This document shows, piece after piece, positions 27,865 to 36,323 of a DNA stretch of 64,000 bases (positions within the stretch are counted from its first letter, which is position 1; each line of letters opens with the position of its first letter). This stretch comes from an uncultured Gammaproteobacteria bacterium (GTDB lineage: Bacteria > Pseudomonadota > Gammaproteobacteria > JACCXJ01). A program made the position numbers and the translations under genes. The notes beneath the pieces were generated by a model. The model saw only the letters and a program-made list of their open reading frames with translations. It was not told the origin of the DNA and did not search any database. Location of the stretch: positions 224,001 to 288,000 of the forward strand of contig CAVXTM010000012.1 in NCBI GenBank assembly GCA_963764725.1, written 5' to 3'.

Positions 27865-28899
27865 ATGCAGATGGCGGGCTATAAGAGGGTCCGGGGTCGT
27901 GATGTCCAGGTCCTTGGACTGTATCCGCCGGTGCAGGCCGCGCAGCGTGAGCAGATGGACCGGCTGAAGCGCGCGGTCGAGCAAAACGCTGATGCAGTCT
28001 ATATCACCGACCCGACAGGCCGCATCGAGTACGTGAATCCGGCCTTCGAGGCGCTCACAGGCTTCAGCCGCGCGGAGGCCGTAGGCCGGCACGCCGCCTT
28101 CCTCAATGCCGATGACCCCGGCTTACAGGCGTGGCGTGGTGTGCAGCTCCAGGCCGCTAAGACGTTTTCCGCCGTGGTCGTCCAGCGCCGAAAACAGGGC
28201 GAGACCTTCCACGCGGAAATCAACATCCGGCCGTTCGTCGACATGCTCGGGAGCATCACCCATTTCGTCGCCACCGGCCACGATGTCAGCACGCGCATAA
28301 TGGCCATGCGACGCCTCGAACATCTGGCCCATCACGATTACCTGACTGACCTGCCCAACCGCACCCTGTTCGAGGATCGCGTGCAGCGGGCGCTCGTCCA
28401 TGCCGTCCGCCACGCCGAAGGATTCGCGCTGATGTATCTCGATGTCGACCAATTTAAGCCGGTCAATGATCGGCAGGGCCACGCCGCGGGCGATCGGCTG
28501 CTCCAAGAGGTCGCGACCTGCCTGCGCAACAGTGTACGGGAGGAGGACACCGTCGCACGGCTGGGTGGTGACGAGTTTGTGGTGATTGCCACCCAGGTTG
28601 GGTGCCGGGGCTCTGCCCGCAAGGTGCTGGATAAAATCCTCGCTGCCTTCCGCGGCGGGACGGTTCTTCCCGGTGGCCGGCTGCCCTTGTCGGTCAGCAT
28701 CGGCGTTGCGATATACCCTAGAGACGGCGACGACGATTCCGCCCTGTTGCGGCACGCGGATCAAGCAATGTACCGTGCGAAGGCGGCGGGCGGCAACGGC
28801 TATTGCTTCTTCGAGGCGGGCCGAACCCCAATCCAGGTCCCACGAGTCGCCAGTATCGGGTGTTTGTCGCGCATTCCTAAGGAACCTCTGAATAGGTAG
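27865..28899 (+). CDS. PAS-GGDEF diguanylate cyclase
   Basis: PAS (ITD..GRIEYVNPAF), DYLTDLPNR, RxxD I-site (REED) and intact GGDEF. Confidence 0.92.
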   Translation: MQMAGYKRVRGRDVQVLGLYPPVQAAQREQMDRLKRAVEQNADAVYITDPTGRIEYVNPAFEALTGFSRAEAVGRHAAFLNADDPGLQAWRGVQLQAAKTFSAVVVQRRKQGETFHAEINIRPFVDMLGSITHFVATGHDVSTRIMAMRRLEHLAHHDYLTDLPNRTLFEDRVQRALVHAVRHAEGFALMYLDVDQFKPVNDRQGHAAGDRLLQEVATCLRNSVREEDTVARLGGDEFVVIATQVGCRGSARKVLDKILAAFRGGTVLPGGRLPLSVSIGVAIYPRDGDDDSALLRHADQAMYRAKAAGGNGYCFFEAGRTPIQVPRVASIGCLSRIPKEPLNR

Positions 28900-29031
28900 C
28901 GAAATTCACTGGCGATATCTGCATACGTAATGATGGCAGCTGAAAAAGTGGTGGCGATGCCTGTTTTTCGTTGTCCTCGGGGCCTTCCTCCTCTACCTCT
29001 TCTGGCGTCCTACGGACACACTACGCCCCTA

Positions 29032-29508
29032 TTAATCGCTGGGCTTGTGGTCGGGAGCCTTCTGCTTGGTGGGTTTACTCTCAATCTTGACCTCGGTGGT
29101 ACCTTCCTCTTCCATGCCTAGCCTTTTAGCCGCTGCGCGGGAGACATCGATGACACGATCCTCCGCATACGGCCCACGATCATTGATCCTTACTTCTACT
29201 TTCTTGCCATTCTCAAGGTTTGTTACTTCGGCTTTGGTCCCCAACGGCAAATTCGGATGGGCGGCCGTCATCTTATTTTGATTGAAGGTCTCGCCATTGG
29301 CGGTCTCTTTGCCGTGAAATCCCGGCCCGTACCAAGACGCCTCGCCGATCTCTTTGCGGTTCGGTTTGGCGGCGGGAGTCCCCTTTTCTTGCGATGTTTG
29401 TTTGCCTTGCTCACCTAAGCGGTCCGAGGCACAGCCTCCAAATGCTAGCGTGCCAATCAAGGCTCCTCGCCAAAAACGAGAACGACACTTGCGATAGTCT
29501 ATAGACAT
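29032..29508 (-). CDS. rlpA: RlpA-family (DPBB) lipoprotein
   Basis: GEASWYG..FHG..TANGE, TAAH..LP.GT and VRINDRGPY...RVIDVS. Confidence 0.88.
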   Translation of the reverse strand: MSIDYRKCRSRFWRGALIGTLAFGGCASDRLGEQGKQTSQEKGTPAAKPNRKEIGEASWYGPGFHGKETANGETFNQNKMTAAHPNLPLGTKAEVTNLENGKKVEVRINDRGPYAEDRVIDVSRAAAKRLGMEEEGTTEVKIESKPTKQKAPDHKPSD

Positions 29509-29739
29509 CCTAAATGCTCCGAAGAATTGATGCAGAAATTCCCCGCAGGTCACAAATACACGCTGCCCTAGCTACGCCTGCTAAGGGAAGCGGTGGCCTT
29601 CTGACGGCCCATGAATACAAGTCCCTCAAAGAGGCTGTCCTGTCCATCGCCTTTTCCCTCAGGCGGTCTAATCAATACGGGAGGCGAAACTGATAAAGCC
29701 GCCCTCCTTCCCAAGTGCCTACGCCATCATGCGTTAGCA

Positions 29740-30174
29740 CTAACCGGCACCCTTAACCATGAGGTTGTTTTGTACTGATTTCACACCTTTGACGAGACCG
29801 GCGATTTCCCCAGCCCGGTCGATACTTGGCTTGGCATCAACGGTGCCCTCCAGTATCACGACGCCGTTTACCGTCCTTACGCTTATCTCCGATACCTTGG
29901 CGTCTTAGCTTATCTCCGATACCAACATCGGATCACTCATGATGTCGCCTTTTATCTTTGCGGTAATAGCCACGTCATCTAAGTAGTCGCCGGCTTTCTC
30001 GATCTTATCGCCGACCGCGGTTCCTACTTCTTTGGCTTTGTCGCCCGCCTGTTCAGTTGCTTGATCGATTTGTCGCCCGGCTTGTTCCGCAGGCCCTTGT
30101 TGTTCGCACCCAGCGAAGGTCAGAACGACTCCTAAGGAGATACTAGCCACAACGATTCTCAGTAATACGTTCAT
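29740..30174 (-). pseudogene. BON-domain lipoprotein with an in-frame 24-nt insertion containing a stop codon
   Basis: FAGC lipobox, DDVAITAKIK, then VSEIS*DAKVSEISVRTVNGVVILEG; 16-bp direct repeat at 29881-29896 and 29908-29923. Confidence 0.8.
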
Positions 30175-30193
30175 TTTGAATATCCTCTTACGA

Positions 30194-30352
30194 CTAAAGT
30201 TTGCCCAATAGCACCAGGACCAGTAAGACAACCACCACGGTCCCTAGCGCGCCGCTAGGTCCGTAACCCCATGCCTGACTGTGCGGCCAGGTTGGCAGGA
30301 CACCCACAAGCATCAGGATCAGGATGACAAGTAAGATTGTGTAAAGTGACAT
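30194..30352 (-). CDS. DUF3309-family small membrane protein, copy 2
   Basis: MSLYTILLVILILMLVGVLPTWPHSQAWGYGPSG... Confidence 0.88.
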   Translation of the reverse strand: MSLYTILLVILILMLVGVLPTWPHSQAWGYGPSGALGTVVVVLLVLVLLGKL

Positions 30353-30434
30353 GTTCGCGCTCCTGTTAAATAAGACTTCGAAAACGGAAGAACACCCTTA
30401 AATGCAGCCCAAGCTACCTGAGCGGTTCGCGACG

Positions 30435-30750
30435 TCATTTCACGATCAGGCTGTTCTCTACCGCCTTGACCCCTTTGACTGAACTCGCTATCTGCGTGGC
30501 CTTGGCAACCGCCTGCTGGGAATCGACAAAACCGCTCAGCTGCACGACTCTTTTGTAACTTTCAACACTGATCTGACCGACCTTGAGCGTGGGATCGTTA
30601 TATATCGCCGTTTTCACCTTTGCCGTGATGGCACTATCATCAATGTACTCGCCCCGTGCTTGATTGAGTTGGGCTCGACGCGCAGCCTGCCATCAAGGCA
30701 GCTACTAACATTCCGGTGCCAATGCGTTTTGTCAACGTGGTTTTGTTCAT
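30435..30750 (-). pseudogene. BON-domain lipoprotein, copy 2 (+1 frameshift near 30652, possibly a sequencing error)
   Basis: Paralog of 25223-25540; length is 3n+1 with an extra C in a homopolymer. Confidence 0.8.
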
Positions 30751-31021
30751 CCTTGCTTTGCTCCTAGCTAAACATTTCAATATTGTTGTGCAGCGGTCTT
30801 ATGTCGCTGCTGACATTAGTCTCGACCACCTTCATGTTAGGCTATCGACCCATAAGTCCCAGGCCGCGCAAGTATCGCTTGAATCGCGATAGTCGTCATG
30901 AGAGAACTCCTTGCCGCGGTCACGCCCGCGCGTAGTGATTGACTGTTTAAGGCGCCGCCCGTTGGGCGAGCGGCACGGATTTACTCGGTGCTACGTCAGT
31001 TTAATTAACGCAAACCGATGA

Positions 31022-31242
31022 CTAACAGTGGGTCTTATCGAACTTGTGGGTGGTCTCGAAATCCTTGACCTGCTGTTCAGCGGCCTCTTGCGCGATCCCA
31101 TATTTCGTCTGGATCTGACCCACGAAGCACGTCGCGTTTACCGGCAATTTGGTCAAGTTCATCATCCGTGAGCTTACGCCCACGTTTGTTTGACCTTGCC
31201 GGTGAATTCCTTCCAGTTACCTTGTACTTGATTCCAGTTCAT
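31022..31242 (-). pseudogene. csbD: CsbD/YjbJ-family protein with two +1 frameshifts
   Basis: MNWNQVQGNWKEFTGKVKQTW / KLTDDELDQIAGKRD / GQIQTKYGIAQEAAEQQV in three frames. Confidence 0.8.
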
Positions 31243-31306
31243 AACATTCTCCTCTTACAGTGTTTGGTGAGATTAGATTCCTCGAATCGCAGGGCCGTCC
31301 TACGCG

Positions 31307-31477
31307 TTACCACAACGGACGCCGACCCCAGCCCATCACGAGGCTGACAATAAGCATTGCGAGGAAGACCCAAAAAAGGATCTGCGCCATCCCGGCCAGG
31401 CTCGCAGCGATACCACCAAAGCCAAGCAGCGCGGCTATCAGTGCGAAAACCATAAAAATAACAGCATAATTCAACAT
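31307..31477 (-). CDS. DUF1328 (UPF0391/YtjA) small membrane protein
   Basis: [24 protein letters not shown]...AQILFWVF; GAGGAG RBS. Confidence 0.9.
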   Translation of the reverse strand: MLNYAVIFMVFALIAALLGFGGIAASLAGMAQILFWVFLAMLIVSLVMGWGRRPLW

Positions 31478-31521
31478 AACGACACTCCTCATTACCCGAA
31501 TACGGGTGGTTTCCATGGAGA

Positions 31522-31647
31522 CTAGGTATCTCTGCCATAGTCAGAGCGTTGAAGATCCGAGCGACTTGCCACCGCCCGAACTCTGCGCGTACTTACATGC
31601 ATGGCGATCACGGCGGTCAACACGACAATGAGCATCTGTATAATCAT
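31522..31647 (-). CDS. Hypothetical 41-aa membrane-anchored peptide
   Basis: AGGAG RBS and [17 protein letters not shown] followed by a basic tail; first gene of the small-protein run. Confidence 0.4.
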   Translation of the reverse strand: MIIQMLIVVLTAVIAMHVSTRRVRAVASRSDLQRSDYGRDT

Positions 31648-31706
31648 GACAGCTACTCCTGATTGCGTATGCAGGGTGTAGATTACGTTAGCCGACGAGG
31701 ACTGTC

Positions 31707-31722
31707 GGTACGCTACCCCACA
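31707..31722. promoter_or_regulatory. Putative degenerate Crp/Fnr-family binding box
   Basis: GGTAC-GCTACC-CCACA upstream of the DUF1328-csbD-BON run. Confidence 0.35.
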
Positions 31723-31727
31723 TAGCA

Positions 31728-32223
31728 ATGAAGCAGCTGGAAGCGGGTCAAAAGCCCGTCACGCAGATTGCGTTGGAATTGGGCATTCGCCGCCATCAGC
31801 TGCACAAGTGGCAGGCGCAGCTACGGTCCAAGGGAGAGGCTGGGGCGTTTCGAGGCCGCCAAGCCGTTGGCTGAATATTCCGAAGTTGAGCGTCTTTGCC
31901 GCGAATTGAAGCGCGTCAGCGAGGAGCGCGACATTTTAAAAAAAGCCGCGGCACACCGTATCGTACCCAGCATGAACGGCAGGAAGGCGCCGCAGGACGA
32001 TGCGGTGGCGGAAAGCTTCTTCTCGAACCTAAAGAATGAATTGATCCACCACTGCGACTTCAAGACACGGGATGAACCGAGAGCGGCAATCTTCGATTAC
32101 ATCGAATTGTTCTACAACCGCAAACGCATTCACCAGTCGCTCGGCTATCGCACCCCGAGCAAGTTGAGAGAGAATGGATGCGGGGTGCTTAACTAAACTG
32201 TGCGCGAATCCCGGGATAGGTCA
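31728..32223 (+). mobile_element. IS3-family remnant, internally deleted
   Basis: OrfA pieces (ELKRVSEERDILKKAA) joined to the integrase end AVAESFFSNLKNEL...IFDYIELFYNRKR.HQSLGY.TP; right end terminates in ...ggtca. Confidence 0.88.
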
Positions 32224-32574
32224 GCGCTCATAATGCAACGCGAGTCAAACGGTTTTTTCATTCCTTTTCCACAGGCGCAACGCCCAACTTCGGCCTCCGC
32301 AGCACTTGCCGCCGCGCGTCTCGAAAAACTCGATGCGGTCGACGCGGCGCTGGAGCCGGAGCTCTTCGGCGAACGTGCCCTGGTGCTCACCGATGCAGAG
32401 GTGAAAGTGCCGTGACCCAGGTCTACCGTGAGGTAACCGTCGAGCAGGGAGACCTTCCGGTCAAGACCAAAAGCAGGCCCTTATCCATGGTGGCCTCGGC
32501 GATACGAGCGTCGATGACCCCCTCTTGCGCCGCATGCGTTCCCGGTGGCGGTTCTCGCGTGTGGCGTCCACCGC

Positions 32575-33165
32575 TCAGCCCGCCCTCTGGTGGCGTGTAC
32601 GAATGAAGTTGCTGCCGGCCAATGTAAATACGAAATGCGCTACGATGGCGATCCCCATCCACAAGGCCAGGCTCTCCAGAGAGGGCGGAAAATACTTCGC
32701 CAGCCGCAAGCCGAGCTCGGCGAGGCTCGTTTCCGCAAACCGTCCGGAGAAGAAATAGAAACCGCCGCTCGAGATGATCTCGCACACCGCCGCGCCAATG
32801 ACCACGCTGCCCGCCAACGGGATCAACGTGGAAAGTGCGAAACGGTGGCGGCCCGCGTACCAACGGCCGGCGAGCCAGAGCGCGCCGTAGGCAGGCAGCA
32901 AAAGGCCGTAGGCGGGACTCACGCAGAAATCGCTGACGCCGAACCCGGCGATGGCGACATAATCAGTCACACCGGCTAAGGTGATCAGCACCGGAAACAT
33001 CCATACCGGACGCAGATAAAATCCGACGAGGAAGAACACCGCCCACGAGGCGTCGGGCAGGTGGAGCGCCGTGGCGAAATGATGACTACGGGTGGCGACC
33101 ATGCAGAGAGCCAGGGCGAGGGCGATGAAAGCGGTGTGGAGGTCGGTCTTTTCGCTCATGAGCAT
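32575..33165 (-). CDS. btuM: BtuM-type solitary cobalamin transporter
   Basis: ATRSHHF...LPDASWAVFF..GFY and D-x12-C (DY...DFCVSPAY); downstream of btuB and a B12 riboswitch. Confidence 0.8.
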   Translation of the reverse strand: MLMSEKTDLHTAFIALALALCMVATRSHHFATALHLPDASWAVFFLVGFYLRPVWMFPVLITLAGVTDYVAIAGFGVSDFCVSPAYGLLLPAYGALWLAGRWYAGRHRFALSTLIPLAGSVVIGAAVCEIISSGGFYFFSGRFAETSLAELGLRLAKYFPPSLESLALWMGIAIVAHFVFTLAGSNFIRTRHQRAG

Positions 33166-33335
33166 TTCCTCATGCGATGGAGTTTATCATCCCCGTTGTT
33201 GGCATCATAGTGTATCCAGAAAGCGGTCAAGTCTCCCATCTCCCACTTTCTCTTCCATCATCGCTTTTATGACAGATCCCGAAGCGGAAGCGTCATCACG
33301 GCGCCACTCGCAGGCGTCGAACCCGATTCTCATGC

Positions 33336-35304
33336 TCAGAGCTCGGCACGAAAGCCGATTAGAAAGTTCGCCCCCGCGGTTGAGAAGCCGAACACCTCCT
33401 CGTAGTCGTCGTCGAAGACGTTCTGCCCCTTGGCCGTAATCGAAAGCGATTCCATGCCGAACTGCTTCTCGATCAAACGGTAGGCGACCGCGATGTCGGC
33501 CTTGGCGAAACCGTCCAGATTGACGCGGCGACCGCCTGGATCGGCGTTGAAATCGAGGTCGATCGAGTCCCCCTTGACGGTGAGGTTGAAGCTGGCGGTC
33601 CAGCGCTCCGCGGTGTAGTCCACGGTGAAGGCCCCGGAATGCCGGGGGCGGCGCAGGAGCGGCTCGCCCTCGACGAAAAGGGTACCCCCCAATGGACCGG
33701 CATCGAGCACCTCGGTATCGAGGTAGGTATAGCTGCCGCCGAAGCCGATGCCGATCGGTGTCTCGATCCGCAATCCGACCTCGACGCCCTGGCTCTCCGC
33801 CTCTTGGATGTTGAAAAAGGCGATCGCGTTGGGATCGATCTGCGGGATGAAGCTGATGAGGTCCTCGAAATCCGAGGAGAAGTACGTCGCGGACACCTCG
33901 GCCCGGTAATCGCCGAAGGCCAGCGGCTGGTCGAAGCCGACCTCCCAGCTCTCCGATTGCTCGGGCCCGAGATCTTCGTCACCCCTCCCGATCTCCGTTC
34001 TACCGAAGTTCTCAAAGAAGGTCGGGTTCTTTATGCCGGTCCCGTAGCTCGTGCGGAGCTTAGTCTCGGTCCCCGGGAGGCGGTACGAAAGCCCGACGCG
34101 CGGGTTCACCTCGGTACCGTAGGTCGAGGCCTGGTCGAGCCGGAAGCCGGCGATCAAGGTCACCCGCTCTTGCCAATCGAGGATCACCTGCGAATAGAAG
34201 GCCCCGGCGTCGCGGGTCTCGTCAGCGCGGTCCGAGGACGTGAAACCCGGAAACTCGAAGCGGGAGTCCTGCTCGAACGACTCCGACTCGCCATAGCCCC
34301 CGAGCGTCACGGTGGGCGTGATGCCGGCCAGGGACGGCAGGAAGAAGCTCGAGTTGTAGTCGGCCGACAGGCGCTCCTGGGTCGTGTCGGTTTGGGAGGA
34401 TCCGAAATCGACGCCGGCATCCAAGGGGTCGTCGAAAGCGAAATCCTCATGGTAGTACCCGAGCTGGAGCGCGTGGCGCCACCAGGGAAAGGGATCCCAC
34501 ACCGCGCGCGGCCCGACGACCAGCCGCTCCCGTTCCGAGAACTGGTTCGGGTCGAGCGGCGGAAAGCGATCGCCCGCGAACTCGCTCGGTGTCTCGAAGC
34601 GCGAGTCGATGTAGCGAACCGTGGTCGTGAGGTCCAGCGTCTCGATCGGGCTCACGTCGAATCGCGAGGCGACGGTCGTGTTCCCGTAGCGGTTGTTGAT
34701 ATCGAGGATACCGTCGGTATCGATGCGACCGACATCGATAGCGTAACCGTAGCGCTCGGTGCCGCCCGAGATCCCGCCATGCTCCTCGAAGGTCTCGAAG
34801 CTGCCGCCGGCGAACCCCAGGCGCGCGGCGAGCGGCCCGTCCCCGCGGCGGGTGAAGAGCTGCACCACGGAGGTGACCGCGTCCGATCCGTAGAGCGCGC
34901 TCTGCGGTCCGCGCACCATCTCGATGCGGTCCAGCCCATCGGTCGTGAGGTCCGAGAAGTCGAAGGCGCCGCCGGCGCTCGTTCACTTTGACGCCGTCGA
35001 TCAAGACTTGATTGAAGTCCGACTCGCCGCCTCGAACGAAGAGCGAGGTCGCGCTCCCGCGGCTCCCGGTCTGTACGATGGTGACGCCCGGGATGTCGCG
35101 CAGGGCCTCGAGCGTGTCCGTGATCTGCCCGCGCTCGATGTCCTCGCTTTCCACCACGGACACCGAAGCGGGGATCTGATCGAACGGCGTCTCGAGCCGC
35201 GTGGCGGTGACGATGATCGGGTCTAGCTCCGTGGGTTGGTCCGACGCGTAAAGGGGACCACAACAAAGCGGCAGAATGACTGCCGCAACTCGGTGTAATA
35301 CCAT
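33336..35304 (-). CDS. btuB: TonB-dependent receptor, BtuB-like (+1 frameshift near 34978)
   Basis: Signal peptide, TonB box IIVTATR, plug (FVRGGESD, VLIDG, VRGPQSALYGSDA) and barrel; the two ORFs join if one base is removed. Confidence 0.8.
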
Positions 35305-35436
35305 CGTTTTCTCCTCCGCGCACACCCGCGCAATAACGCTACATAGCGCAAGGCCCGCGGAGAAAGGCGGCAGGGCGGGAAAAGCGATAACGGCCCGGGC
35401 GCCGCGGCATCACCCTCCGCAATGCCATTGCAACAC

Positions 35437-35644
35437 CTTCAGGCCGGTCTCCGGGCTCGCAAGCGGGTTCAAAAACCCCGGGAGCAGCGCCTTCCCATGC
35501 TTGATGCACAGTGACGTGATGCTGATTCCCTTACTTGCTTACCGTTGCGGGGGCAGCGCCGGGATTGCGCTCGGGCCGAAACTCGAGCGCGCACCGGCTT
35601 CCCGTTTCATCCCCTCGATCGAACGTTCTCAGGGACACCTGAAG
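35437..35644 (-). ncRNA. Cobalamin riboswitch upstream of btuB
   Basis: Minus strand: cttcaggtg...aaacgggaagccggtgcg...cccggcgctgcccccgcaacggt...cactg...tgggaagg...agcccggagaccggcctgaag. Confidence 0.92.
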
Positions 35645-35859
35645 CGTGCACAATATCGTCTAGGGATTGAGCTATTGTCAATAGTGCATCTCCTCTGGTA
35701 AAGGCCCTTGTGGCCCTTTCCACAGTGTGAACGATGCCACTACGAAGCGAGAACCAGAAGAGGCTCCGTGATGCGGTTTAGTTCAACAGGCGTTTATACG
35801 ATACTGAATCCGTCGTAGCCGTTTGCTGCGTTAAGCGGTAGAGAGGAGTCCGCGTGACT

Positions 35860-35952
35860 TGAGCTGCTCCAGCGAGCAAAGTCGCGTTTCGTTCATGTCG
35901 ATCACAATGGCTGCCATGCCCACGTTCGGACTCATACCCATATTGGAAGACA
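35860..35952 (-). mobile_element. Left-end remnant of an IS (integrase-type transposase N-terminus)
   Basis: tgtcttccaatatgggtatgag end followed by VIDMNETRLCSLEQL, which resembles transposase N-termini. Confidence 0.45.
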
Positions 35953-36014
35953 CTAAGGTTTTACACAAGCGCAGTAAAACGGTTACACTTTTTAATCTTG
36001 GATTTTCATCCATG

Positions 36015-36180
36015 GGATAAGGTTTTCGCGTAACGCGAAGTAACAGGGAATCGTGTGCAAATCACGAGCTGTCGCGCAACTGTAAGTAACGCATAAGCTT
36101 TTGCCGGAGATGCCCACTGTTCCAACAACGGAATGGGAAGGGCGGCAAAAGAGTTACAAGCCAGGAGACCTACCTTATCC
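36015..36180 (+). ncRNA. Cobalamin riboswitch upstream of metE
   Basis: P1 ggataaggt/accttatcc, agggaatcgtgtgcaaatcacga, ctgtcgcgcaactgt, ccactg..tgggaagg and B12 box agccaggagacc. Confidence 0.92.
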
Positions 36181-36323
36181 GCAACGGCGATGCTTCCGCG
36201 GTCCGAGGCTCAGTCAGGTGGAACCCCATTGTGCCCGTACGGGCGAGGTGTGTCTGCCTTCCTCTTTCCGCGGTGACATCGCGAAGTTATCGGTAGCGTT
36301 AACCTAGGAAAGGAAAGGTGCAC

